Assembly (NCBI GenBank): GCA_029855935.1
Contig: JAGSHN010000031.1
Coordinates: forward strand, 73,650 to 137,649
Origin: Candidatus Thorarchaeota archaeon
Lineage (GTDB): Archaea; Asgardarchaeota; Thorarchaeia; Thorarchaeales; Thorarchaeaceae
Length of the DNA stretch: 64,000 nucleotides
Direction of reading: 5' to 3'
Positions 8,364 through 17,257 of the stretch are shown in pieces. The position numbers and the translations under genes were made by a program. Every line of letters starts with the position of its first letter. The first letter of the stretch is position 1. Below the pieces are notes generated by a model that worked only from the letters and a program-made list of their open reading frames with translations, ran no database searches and was not told the DNA's origin.

Positions 8364-10490
8364 TCACGTGGCCTCGGATGGGACGACGAGAAACGACCGG
8401 GAGTCCGTTGAAGCAACAATCCGCCCCCGACTATCGAGTATGACAAGGCGAAGAACACATCTCTCAGATGTCCGGATGCTCTCTCTACTGACCACGAGGG
8501 GAGGAAAGTCATCAGAGGTGAAGGTCAGGCTCTCTGAGTCGGAGGGGTATAGGATGCCCTCGGTCCCCGCGAGAGGCTGATCCCGAGATGAGGACAGAAG
8601 TTCCACCCTACAGGGGGCGGACTGTATCGATGCGCCACCAGTGTCGATCTTCCCGCGAAACAAGACCGGCGTCTTGCCACGCACATAGGAAACGGTGGCG
8701 AGGGGCTCAATGAAGAGGCGAGGAATGGACGTGGAGAAACCAGCCCTGAGTTGAGTCACTCCCTCACCCATTCGTGCAGTCACGCTGACCGAGTACTCTT
8801 GCGGCTCAACGGCAGTATCAAAGGCCGTCGGCTCTACGATGGTCTGACGAGGGGCGAGGCTAAGAGGACCGACAGAATGCTTCTTGACAATCAAACCCCT
8901 TGCATCGGTCACTAAGCAGACAAGTGATGAGACCGTGATCTCGTGGGCCGTCGTGTTGCGAAGCAATATCGACAGGCGGGCTGTTGTCCCGGCAATCACG
9001 TGGTCTGCACTGAGGAGAAGTCTCAGTTCGAGACCTTGATGCCAGCGCAACCAAGTGGGTAGCATGGGCGCGCCGCCAACAGGATCGCTGGCCCATTCTC
9101 CTATCCAGTCTTGTGCCGTCTTGGCCAAAGAGCGAATCAGAGAGTCCACATCCAGTCCGGACCGCGCGTAGAACGTTAGGACAAGGTCTGCGGGCGTCGT
9201 CCGTGAATGCCAGAGCTCGCTCCCAAACACGGATACGAGGACTGGTCTCAGAAGGGGGCTCTGCAGCACTCCCATCTGGTCCAGCTCTTCACCAATGAGA
9301 TAAAGTAGAGATGTGAGGGCGTCGCCGAGCGTTCGATGGGCGAGTACGTGACCTGTCCCGTTATCGTTGACGTTGGGATCTCTTGTCGGTCCCTGATTGT
9401 AGAGAGCAGCCATCAGGGGGTCTTCGTCGATCGTGGCAGGTGCGAACGGTCCGTTCAGACCCGCCAATATCGCGCTCGTGCAGTTCGTGATAAGAGAAGC
9501 AGTGTCGACACACGGGACCTCAGACCCTGCCACGAGCGATCCAAATGCCCTCACAGCAAGTCCCTGAAGCAGTGCCGCGATGGCCACAGTCCGTGTGACT
9601 GATAGTTGAAGGTCAAAGACCTGAACTCTGACACCCCCGCCCTGGCGCTCAAGCACTATGCAGGCGCCCTTATCGCTTGGAGAGACCGATGATGCTGAAC
9701 CCATGTCATCTCTAGTCAGCGGCGGTACAACGGGAAATCGTCCGCCGCTATCAAGGCTATACTGATGATATAGTCGCAGCGAACGCACGCAACCCTCTGC
9801 CTGCAGCTCGGTATCAGGACCCAGGCTGACATCACAAGTGGGACGAGAGGCCACTATAGGCGAGTTGACGGAGAGGGCAATGAGGTGAGGAAGAAAATCG
9901 CGGAAGATGTTGTATACTGCCCTCCGTGTCAGCTGGTCGGCGTGAGGACCAAGCACTATGTGACGCTCTCCGAAGGACAACCGTTGGTCGTGTGACATCA
10001 CGGGATTGAGGCCCAGCGGGAGAAGCACCACATCCACGGTATGTTTGAATGCCTCCCATACGCTGCGGAGGAGGGCACGTAACCACCAGTCAAGCTCGTT
10101 GAATGAGGAACAGGTGGGAGTTGAGATGATTGGATGTGCAGGACCGTCGGGGGACGACCCAATCTCACATTCAAAGATGCCATAGGATGCCACGCTCCCG
10201 TCAGGAAGAGCATAGCGGACACGTCCTGTGATTCGAGGTCTGACTGAGCTCGGCGAGAGCACCGTTGCTGTACGGAATCGACTCCTGACAGACTTCAAGG
10301 ATGATGTCCTGGCCGCCTCACCAATGAGGGACGCGAGGGTGTTGGCCAGTGATGGGACAGCGGGCAGTATCTCCCCGATTGTGAGCGGCGTGCCATCGGC
10401 GTGGGTGATCTGAGGCTCAATCTCAATCCTGTGGGGAAATGGCAGCCCAATCTCCCCACGGCCTTCGGTCGGCGGAGTTCCAGCGCTCAA
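8364..10490 (-). CDS. Degenerate glutamate-cysteine ligase (GCS2/YbdK)-like domain fused to C-terminal beta-sandwich domains
   Basis: PHLIALSVNSP and VFD motifs of GCS2; C-terminal alternating beta pattern (LSILLRN, SLAPRQT, YSVSVTA). Confidence 0.6.
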   Translation of the reverse strand: MSAGTPPTEGRGEIGLPFPHRIEIEPQITHADGTPLTIGEILPAVPSLANTLASLIGEAARTSSLKSVRSRFRTATVLSPSSVRPRITGRVRYALPDGSVASYGIFECEIGSSPDGPAHPIISTPTCSSFNELDWWLRALLRSVWEAFKHTVDVVLLPLGLNPVMSHDQRLSFGERHIVLGPHADQLTRRAVYNIFRDFLPHLIALSVNSPIVASRPTCDVSLGPDTELQAEGCVRSLRLYHQYSLDSGGRFPVVPPLTRDDMGSASSVSPSDKGACIVLERQGGGVRVQVFDLQLSVTRTVAIAALLQGLAVRAFGSLVAGSEVPCVDTASLITNCTSAILAGLNGPFAPATIDEDPLMAALYNQGPTRDPNVNDNGTGHVLAHRTLGDALTSLLYLIGEELDQMGVLQSPLLRPVLVSVFGSELWHSRTTPADLVLTFYARSGLDVDSLIRSLAKTAQDWIGEWASDPVGGAPMLPTWLRWHQGLELRLLLSADHVIAGTTARLSILLRNTTAHEITVSSLVCLVTDARGLIVKKHSVGPLSLAPRQTIVEPTAFDTAVEPQEYSVSVTARMGEGVTQLRAGFSTSIPRLFIEPLATVSYVRGKTPVLFRGKIDTGGASIQSAPCRVELLSSSRDQPLAGTEGILYPSDSESLTFTSDDFPPLVVSRESIRTSERCVLRLVILDSRGRIVASTDSRSFLVVPSEAT

Positions 10491-10648
10491 TCACAGTGCC
10501 CCCGTCATCTACGTGGCACGTGGCCCGTACAAGAGGTCCGTCACGAGGCGGACAGACAGCAGATGATGGCCACTCGTTGTCACATCACTCTATGGGAGTC
10601 CACTGAGTACGGGACCGACCTTTATTATCTTTGCTCGCACGGGGGATG

Positions 10649-11077
10649 CTACTCGCTGGCAACGAGCCCGAAGACCTCCTTCACCTTCTCACTGATCTCC
10701 CGAAGACGATACCACACGGAGTCGCGGCCCCTTCTCTCAGCAAGCATGACGAAGAGTATCTGATAGTCAAACTCTGTGATGTCCTTGAGTAGGACTAGAG
10801 CTCGGTCATCTATGAAGTGGCTTCGATTGACACGACCGTCACGGAACCTGATGGCTAGGGGACGCAGAGCCTTCTCCGCCCGGTCGAGCTTCCTGATTGC
10901 CTCACGGAAATTCTTGTCAGGATCGCCCATAGCGTAGCCGCCGACAAGGGGGGTCATTCCTGCGCCGAGCGAGCCTCGCCCAATCTCGTCTAGAACATCC
11001 ATCGTTTCCTGAAAGTATGCGTACGCGTCAGAGAGACACTTCTTTATTCCGTACAGGACACGCGCACGGTCTGTCAT
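10649..11077 (-). CDS. Hypothetical helical protein
   Basis: 142-aa ORF filling an intergenic gap; protein-like composition. Confidence 0.65.
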   Translation of the reverse strand: MTDRARVLYGIKKCLSDAYAYFQETMDVLDEIGRGSLGAGMTPLVGGYAMGDPDKNFREAIRKLDRAEKALRPLAIRFRDGRVNRSHFIDDRALVLLKDITEFDYQILFVMLAERRGRDSVWYRLREISEKVKEVFGLVASE

Positions 11078-11185
11078 TGAAGACCCCCGGGCAAGACTGT
11101 GAGAGGGAGAAAGACAGCAGAACTGAAGAGGGGCGGGTCAGATGACCGCGCCCTGCTCATCAGTACTTTACTCTCGTCGACGCAC

Positions 11186-12250
11186 CTAGAGCTCCATCTC
11201 ACCCAGCTCACCAGCAAAGTGGCAAGCGACGTGATGACCGTTGCCCATATCGCGTTCAACGGGTATCTCTCTGGTGCAGATCTCCTGCGCGTATGGACAA
11301 CGCGGGTGAAACCTGCAACCACGTGGGACATTGATTGGGCTCGGGGGCTCGCCCTTCAGCGACTCGACACGACGCTTGACTGTCGGATCTCCAGACGGGA
11401 CTGCAGAGATCAGAGCGCGCGTGTAAGGATGCTGGGGGTTGAAGGCGACCTCGTGAGATGGGCCAATCTCCATTATCTTGCCAAGATACATGATACCGAT
11501 TCTGTCTGCGATATAGGTTGCGACAGCAAGGTCATGTGTGATGAACAGATACGTCAGACCAAGCTCCTCGCGCAGCTTGAGCAGCAGGTTCAATATCTCG
11601 GCACGGATTGAAACGTCTAGCATCGACACCGGCTCGTCGGCGACCATGAACTCCGGGTGGAGAATGAGCGCGCGTGCGATGGATATGCGCTGGCGCTGCC
11701 CGCCTGACAGCTCATGCGGATATCTGTCAATGTAGTCCTCTGCGGGAGTGAGAGCGACACTCTCAAGCGCCTCAAGGACACGCTCCCTGCGCTGACTGGG
11801 AGTGAGCTGAATCTTGTGGACAGTGAGTGGCTCGGACACGATGCTGTAGATGCTCTGCTTGGGGTTGAGAGACTCGTATGGATCTTGGAAGGTGATCTGC
11901 ATTCGCTTCCGCAGTTCCTTCATCTCATTGCGGTCAAGAGTACCGAGATCGATTCCTGCATATATCACCTCACCATCGGTCGGGGGCTCAAGGTACAGAA
12001 TGCACCGTCCAGTCGTTGTCTTGCCGCAGCCGGACTCTCCTGCGAGAACGAGAATCTCTCCCTTCTTGATGTCAAAGCTCACCCCGTCGACTGCCTTCAC
12101 GTACAGCTCCTGTTTGTAGAGCAATGACGAGAGAAACCCTGTGTTGACAGGGAACCATTTCCTTAGATTCCGCACTTGGATGAGAGTCTCGCCTGGGGCT
12201 ACCTCCTGGGCCTCCGTGAGATACCTGCTAGTCTGTGGAATTGCCATCAT
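11186..12250 (-). CDS. dppF: Peptide ABC transporter ATPase (DppF/OppF)
   Basis: GESGCGKTT, LSGGQRQR, ADEPVSMLD, GCRFHPRCP...VACH. Confidence 0.95.
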   Translation of the reverse strand: MMAIPQTSRYLTEAQEVAPGETLIQVRNLRKWFPVNTGFLSSLLYKQELYVKAVDGVSFDIKKGEILVLAGESGCGKTTTGRCILYLEPPTDGEVIYAGIDLGTLDRNEMKELRKRMQITFQDPYESLNPKQSIYSIVSEPLTVHKIQLTPSQRRERVLEALESVALTPAEDYIDRYPHELSGGQRQRISIARALILHPEFMVADEPVSMLDVSIRAEILNLLLKLREELGLTYLFITHDLAVATYIADRIGIMYLGKIMEIGPSHEVAFNPQHPYTRALISAVPSGDPTVKRRVESLKGEPPSPINVPRGCRFHPRCPYAQEICTREIPVERDMGNGHHVACHFAGELGEMEL

Positions 12251-12253
12251 CCA

Positions 12254-13243
12254 TCACTCCAACTCTACCTTCAGCTTGCCCTTCAGCTCCTCAGCGAAGT
12301 GACAGGCCACCCATCTGCCGGGTTCAATCTCCTCGAAAGCCGGCTCTTCTCTCTTGCATATGTCCTGAGCGTACGGACAACGCGGATGGAACCTGCAGCC
12401 GGGCGGTGGGTCAATCAGATCTGGCGGAGAACCCGGGATGGACGTGAGAGTCTTCTTCTCAGCCTTTACCATACTTGGAATTGCTCCCACCAGTCCGGTC
12501 GCGTACGGATGCACCGGCTCCTTGAACACCGACACCACGTCGGCCAGCTCTGCAATTCGACCGGCGTACATGACCGCGACCTTGTCACACGTTTCAGCAA
12601 TGACGCTCAGGTCGTGCGTGATGAGAATCAGTGAGAGGCCGAGGTCCTTCTGAAGCTTCTGCATCAGCTTCAGGATCTGGGCCTGAATAGTCACGTCGAG
12701 CGCTGTCGTCGGCTCGTCGGCAATCACGAGGTCCGGATTGCACGCGAGGGCCATAGCAATCATTGCGCGCTGACGCATCCCACCGCTGAACTCGTGTGGG
12801 TAGTTGTGGATCCGGCCAGGGTCGAGTCCGACCATCTCGAAGAGCCGTGCCACTCTGTCCAGGGCCTCTTCCTCAGTCACGTTCTCGTGCATCAGAATGG
12901 CCTCAGCAATCTGTTCCCCAATCTCGAAGACAGGGTTCAGTGCGTTCATCGCGCCCTGGAAGACTATGGCCACGTTCTTCCATCGGATGTCACGCATCTC
13001 GCGCGGAGTCTTTCGCAGCAGGTCTTCGCCCTTGAAGTAGATGTTACCACCGACAATGTTTGCAGCCGGCGGAAGAAGCTGCATTATGGAATAGGCAAGA
13101 GATGACTTTCCGCAGCCTGATTCACCTGCCAGTCCTATGGACTCTCCCGCCTCCAGCTGAAGCGAAACGTTGTCCACAGCCTTGACAAGTCCGCGCTTGG
13201 TTGAATAGTACATTCTTAGGTTCCTTATATCAAGCAGAGGCAT
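12254..13243 (-). CDS. dppD: Peptide ABC transporter ATPase (DppD/OppD)
   Basis: GESGCGKS, FSGGMRQR, ADEPTTALD, GCRFHPRCP; ATG 13243 (MPLLDIRN). Confidence 0.95.
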   Translation of the reverse strand: MPLLDIRNLRMYYSTKRGLVKAVDNVSLQLEAGESIGLAGESGCGKSSLAYSIMQLLPPAANIVGGNIYFKGEDLLRKTPREMRDIRWKNVAIVFQGAMNALNPVFEIGEQIAEAILMHENVTEEEALDRVARLFEMVGLDPGRIHNYPHEFSGGMRQRAMIAMALACNPDLVIADEPTTALDVTIQAQILKLMQKLQKDLGLSLILITHDLSVIAETCDKVAVMYAGRIAELADVVSVFKEPVHPYATGLVGAIPSMVKAEKKTLTSIPGSPPDLIDPPPGCRFHPRCPYAQDICKREEPAFEEIEPGRWVACHFAEELKGKLKVELE

Positions 13244-13436
13244 CTTCTCAATCTCCGCCGGAGCTCTATAGCAATGGTAGGGTGTCTTGTCTGTCTGCAC
13301 CCATTGCGTGGGGTGCTTCTCGGTCGGCTTAAATATATTCCCTTTGACGACCTCGGCTTTGCACTCGGTTCACAGTTGCAACGTACAGCTGTCGAAATGC
13401 GTAAAAGTAGGAATGGCGAGGATGGCGTGAAGCCTG

Positions 13437-13751
13437 ATGACGATAAGGTCATTTCCAAAGACGCGCAACGAGCCCCGCAAGAGAATACTTCTCATACCTG
13501 TGGTCCTCATTCTTGGAGGCTATGTACTCACTCTTCTTCATCCGGTGTTGGGAACAGGCTTCATCGGCATTCTGCTCGCATTGACGGGGGTGCTCTCGGT
13601 CTTTCTCGTGGGGATGGTCTTTGCTGACATCTGGGTGTCCGCACGGCGGACCAGACAGATGATTGAGAGAAGACAGAGAGAGCTCGCCGACGATAGTGAT
13701 GTGTCGGATGAGGACATTCCCGATCCTTTCCAAGACGAGATGGGCGACTGA
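13437..13751 (+). CDS. Small two-TM hypothetical protein with acidic tail
   Basis: Two hydrophobic segments then DDSDVSDEDIPDPFQDE. Confidence 0.6.
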   Translation: MTIRSFPKTRNEPRKRILLIPVVLILGGYVLTLLHPVLGTGFIGILLALTGVLSVFLVGMVFADIWVSARRTRQMIERRQRELADDSDVSDEDIPDPFQDEMGD

Positions 13752-14022
13752 GCTCTCGGTATGGTGTCACCCGACAATGGCTGTGTGAACAGAGCCTTGC
13801 TCCCCAAACAACAACAGAGAGTAGGCAGTCATTGTGCTGTTACCGTCAGTGCATACAATGTCTGTGTGTCGTCCGGTGGCGAGATGTCGCAAGATGTTAC
13901 TCAAAGGGGATGAGCGCAGACCGAACTGCTTTTTAGGGGAATTTGTCGGAGCTAGCGCGTTCAGAACTAGTACAAAAGGAACGACGTCTATCTGAACTGT
14001 CGGTCCCTACGGAGGTCAGTCC

Positions 14023-15627
14023 TTGTCCATCAAGAAAGGCAGCTGGAAAGACAGTAACTGGTACGTGAGCCTGACCGGATTCTGGAGAGAGTACAAGAAA
14101 CACAGGATAGGTGTCCTTGGACTGCTTGTGATCGTGATGTTCTTTGGAATGGCAATTGGTGCACCACTCTTGGCCACGCACAACCCCTCGCCCGGAGTGA
14201 AGGTGGCACCACCGTTCCTCGCTCCCGCATGGGTGCAGGTCTTTGACTCGGGCGCCATAAGGAACGGAGAGTATCTGCCTGACCCGAATCTTGACAGAGG
14301 AACAACAACCAGTCATTTGCAGATATATGGAAGCGACACGTACGGGAATGAGTCATCGTTCTCGGGATACTATCACCAGGCCACAAGCGCTGACGACCTC
14401 AACTATATGGCGTTGCAATGGAACCATCATGCTGGTGACAGGCCGAGCTTCAGGTTTCCGTGGCCCTCCGAGAGCGAAACAGAGATGCCTATGACAGAAG
14501 ACTTTGTCTACTTCACGCAGACTCTCGACTGGCCATACGAGCGGATGCCGAAGGATGTCAATGTGTCCTTTGCCTTCTCCACCCATTTCACTGGCGACTT
14601 CGCCACGCACGAGGAGGCTGGCCTGATGTTCAAGGTCTACGTCTGGCTCATCGACTCCTCGGGCAACTGGAAAATGATCTACAAGACCTCGCCACCCTAC
14701 TATGACTATCCCATCACACGAGTCGCAGACCTTAACTGGTTCGACATCGTGGCAGGCTGGAGAGGAATGGTGAAGAACAGCACCAGTGGGACCCAGGAGG
14801 ATCCAGAAGACAAACTGACGCTCGCTGTGGGCCTCGCCCCGTACAAGAACTTCTTCTACTACAATGGGCATTGGGTCTACCGCGAGTGGTCGGGTAGCGT
14901 GGAGGTGAGAGTTTCCCGCCTCTCAGTCTACGTCTACGGCGGATACTTTGGATACCTTGGCACAACGGACAAGGGCGGTGACGCATACTCCCAACTCATC
15001 TACGGTTCCAGAGTGTCACTGACGATTGGACTACTTGCAACAGCACTCTCCACTGCTGTCGGTGTCATAGTCGGCATGGTCGCAGGATACTTCGGCGGAA
15101 AGACCGATGAGATACTGATGCGAATCGTTGACTTTCTGCTCGTCATCCCGGGACTGCCGCTTATGATGGTGCTCGCGGCGTTCCTCGGACCAACCATTGA
15201 GAACATCATCGTCGTCATAGCGATACTTGGATGGACCAGTACGTCACGGCTGATACGATCTCAGGTGCTCGCTGAGAAAAACAAGGCATACGTGGAGTCC
15301 GCGCGTGCCATCGGTGCCTCAGACACCTACATCATATTCAGGCACATCCTCCCCAACGTGACGCCCATTCTGTTTGCAAACATCACGCTGGGCGTCGTAG
15401 GCGCAATCCTCTCAGAGGCTGGCCTCTCCTTCCTCGGACTGACTGATCCGAATGTTCCGAGTTGGGGACGCATGCTCGCCGATGCGAGAGCATCTGGTGG
15501 CTTCAGCAACGGTGCGTGGTGGGTGGTCGTCTTCCCGGGACTGATGATCACTCTCCTGTCGCTGGCCTTCACGTTCGTTGGTCACACACTCGACCAGGTG
15601 CTGAATCCACGACTCAGAGAGCGATAG
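14023..15627 (+). CDS. dppC: Peptide ABC transporter permease (DppC/OppC) with a large extracytoplasmic insertion
   Basis: LGTTDKGGD, YGSRVSL, ESARAIGAS-x7-HILPNV, EAGLSFLGL, SWGRML, LNPRLR. Confidence 0.92.
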   Translation: MSIKKGSWKDSNWYVSLTGFWREYKKHRIGVLGLLVIVMFFGMAIGAPLLATHNPSPGVKVAPPFLAPAWVQVFDSGAIRNGEYLPDPNLDRGTTTSHLQIYGSDTYGNESSFSGYYHQATSADDLNYMALQWNHHAGDRPSFRFPWPSESETEMPMTEDFVYFTQTLDWPYERMPKDVNVSFAFSTHFTGDFATHEEAGLMFKVYVWLIDSSGNWKMIYKTSPPYYDYPITRVADLNWFDIVAGWRGMVKNSTSGTQEDPEDKLTLAVGLAPYKNFFYYNGHWVYREWSGSVEVRVSRLSVYVYGGYFGYLGTTDKGGDAYSQLIYGSRVSLTIGLLATALSTAVGVIVGMVAGYFGGKTDEILMRIVDFLLVIPGLPLMMVLAAFLGPTIENIIVVIAILGWTSTSRLIRSQVLAEKNKAYVESARAIGASDTYIIFRHILPNVTPILFANITLGVVGAILSEAGLSFLGLTDPNVPSWGRMLADARASGGFSNGAWWVVVFPGLMITLLSLAFTFVGHTLDQVLNPRLRER

Positions 15628-15646
15628 GCGCGGACAGTGTGACGGA

Positions 15647-15690
15647 GCGGGACTCGCGAGGTCCTGCCTCCATCCCTCCTTTTTCTTCTC
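15647..15690 (+). terminator. Hairpin plus U-tract after dppC
   Basis: GCGGGAC/GTCCTGC stem then CTCCTTTTTTCTTCTC. Confidence 0.5.
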
Positions 15691-15802
15691 GTTCCTCTCA
15701 CGCCAATCAGGTATCCACGACGCCTGACCACGGTGTAGAGATGGCCACTCCCGACCGAGCCGGCTCCTAGATGCGGAGTGAGCACTACGTATGGCCAACT
15801 GA

Positions 15803-15810
15803 TTTAAGTA
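15803..15810 (+). promoter_or_regulatory. TATA-box-like element upstream of the HEAT-repeat gene
   Basis: TTTAAGTA in otherwise GC-rich intergenic DNA. Confidence 0.45.
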
Positions 15811-15892
15811 TCAAGAAGCTACGCCTACAATAGACAGGATAGGTGCACGACCCCTGGTCGACCATTCTATCAGCACGTCGGAGAGAGTATCT

Positions 15893-17131
15893 TTGTCAGA
15901 AACAAGGCGCCTACTGTTGGAGTTCAAGACGGAACTTGTGAGTAGCCGGGCAAAGAGAGATAGCAGGATAAGGGAGGAACTGATCAAAGCAATCTCCGAT
16001 GTTTCTGAGGTGATACGAGAACGAGCACTGATAGCAGCAATAGATCTTGATGACCCAACAATTGTGGAACACATCATCAAGAGCATGGACGACCCTGATG
16101 ACGATGTACGAATTGCAGCCGCCCAGGCACTCGCGTGGTACCGGCAACCTCGTACCGTTCCGGTCCTCCTAAAGGGCCTGAAGGACCCGAATCCGTGGGT
16201 CAGATCGCACTGCGCGGCAGGACTCTCAAAGCTGATGAGCGGACCCATCTGGGCAAGACTGTCGGAGGACGCTGTTGCCAATCTTGTGGCTGGATTCCCC
16301 GACTGGACAGACGAAGAGATCACCCAGTTTATGGAGCGGATTGGCGTCAATCCGAAGGCGATCGCTAACTATCTGGAGTGGAGGAGCAAGGGCTTCGATG
16401 TCGAGATTGACATGTCAGTGATAGAGGAAATGGAGAGCGGGCCGATTATTCTGGCAGGTGCAGAGGAGGAGGCCCGACCCTCGCTGTCGAGCCAGCTGGG
16501 CGTGCCAATGTCATCTGAAGTTGAGGCAATACTGAGCGAGCTCCCGCGAGAAGTGCTTGAGAAACTCCCACCCGAGGACTTGGCACGGCTGACGCCCAAG
16601 ACTGCAAGGGAGCTTGTGGACTCGCTGACCGCGCCAAGCGCGCCCACGCCGCCAGAGCGGCCAGGGAAGAAGAAAGTGAAGGTGCGCCGCGTCAGGAGGG
16701 TCAGGAAAGTCAAGAAGGGGCCGACAAGAGAAGAGCTGATCGCCCAGCTTCCGCCAGAGGTGAGAGAGGCGATTCCCGAGGAGAAGCTCGATGAACTTGG
16801 GGTCGAGGAGTTACAGGCGCTGATTGCTGCACCGCCTCCGGTGGGCGGCACGGGGGTAGAAGCGGCCGGAGTGCCAGAGGACGAGATGGTCCCAGAGGCT
16901 GAGGCCAAGCCAGTGAAGCGGAAAAGAAAGAAGAAGACCAAGGCGAAGAGCGCTGCAAAGACCCCTGAGGAGGAGAAAAAGAGGCTTCTCACGGAGAAAT
17001 TCGGTGCTGATAAGGCCGAGATACTGGTCAAGGTCCCCGATGAGTTGCTTGGCGACATCCCTGAGGAACAGATCAAGCAGATGGATGTCGACACTCTGAG
17101 CGACTTGGTTCGAGCACTTGGTGTGGAATAG
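15893..17131 (+). CDS. HEAT-repeat protein with three C-terminal helical repeats and basic linkers
   Basis: DPDDDVRIAAAQAL and DPNPWVRSHCAAGL HEAT units; repeated LPxEV-x3-(L/I)PxE modules. Confidence 0.8.
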   Translation: MSETRRLLLEFKTELVSSRAKRDSRIREELIKAISDVSEVIRERALIAAIDLDDPTIVEHIIKSMDDPDDDVRIAAAQALAWYRQPRTVPVLLKGLKDPNPWVRSHCAAGLSKLMSGPIWARLSEDAVANLVAGFPDWTDEEITQFMERIGVNPKAIANYLEWRSKGFDVEIDMSVIEEMESGPIILAGAEEEARPSLSSQLGVPMSSEVEAILSELPREVLEKLPPEDLARLTPKTARELVDSLTAPSAPTPPERPGKKKVKVRRVRRVRKVKKGPTREELIAQLPPEVREAIPEEKLDELGVEELQALIAAPPPVGGTGVEAAGVPEDEMVPEAEAKPVKRKRKKKTKAKSAAKTPEEEKKRLLTEKFGADKAEILVKVPDELLGDIPEEQIKQMDVDTLSDLVRALGVE

Positions 17132-17257
17132 GCTCTATGGCGGGTTGGACAGGAACAGACTGATATGCTCCTATGCAGAACAACCGATTGTCAGCTGGCA
17201 GGGAAAGCTGCAATTGGCCAGCCTGATACACCATAGCCATAGTGGTGGGCGCGGGAC

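Noticed and set aside
13722-13730. DPF tripeptide in the small membrane protein tail (also at the end of arrestin paralogue 2) as an adaptin-binding motif
   Set aside because: Three-residue motif, too likely by chance without conservation data
16369-17094. 241-aa Ser/Phe-rich minus-strand ORF
   Set aside because: Antisense of the Glu/Lys-rich HEAT protein tail
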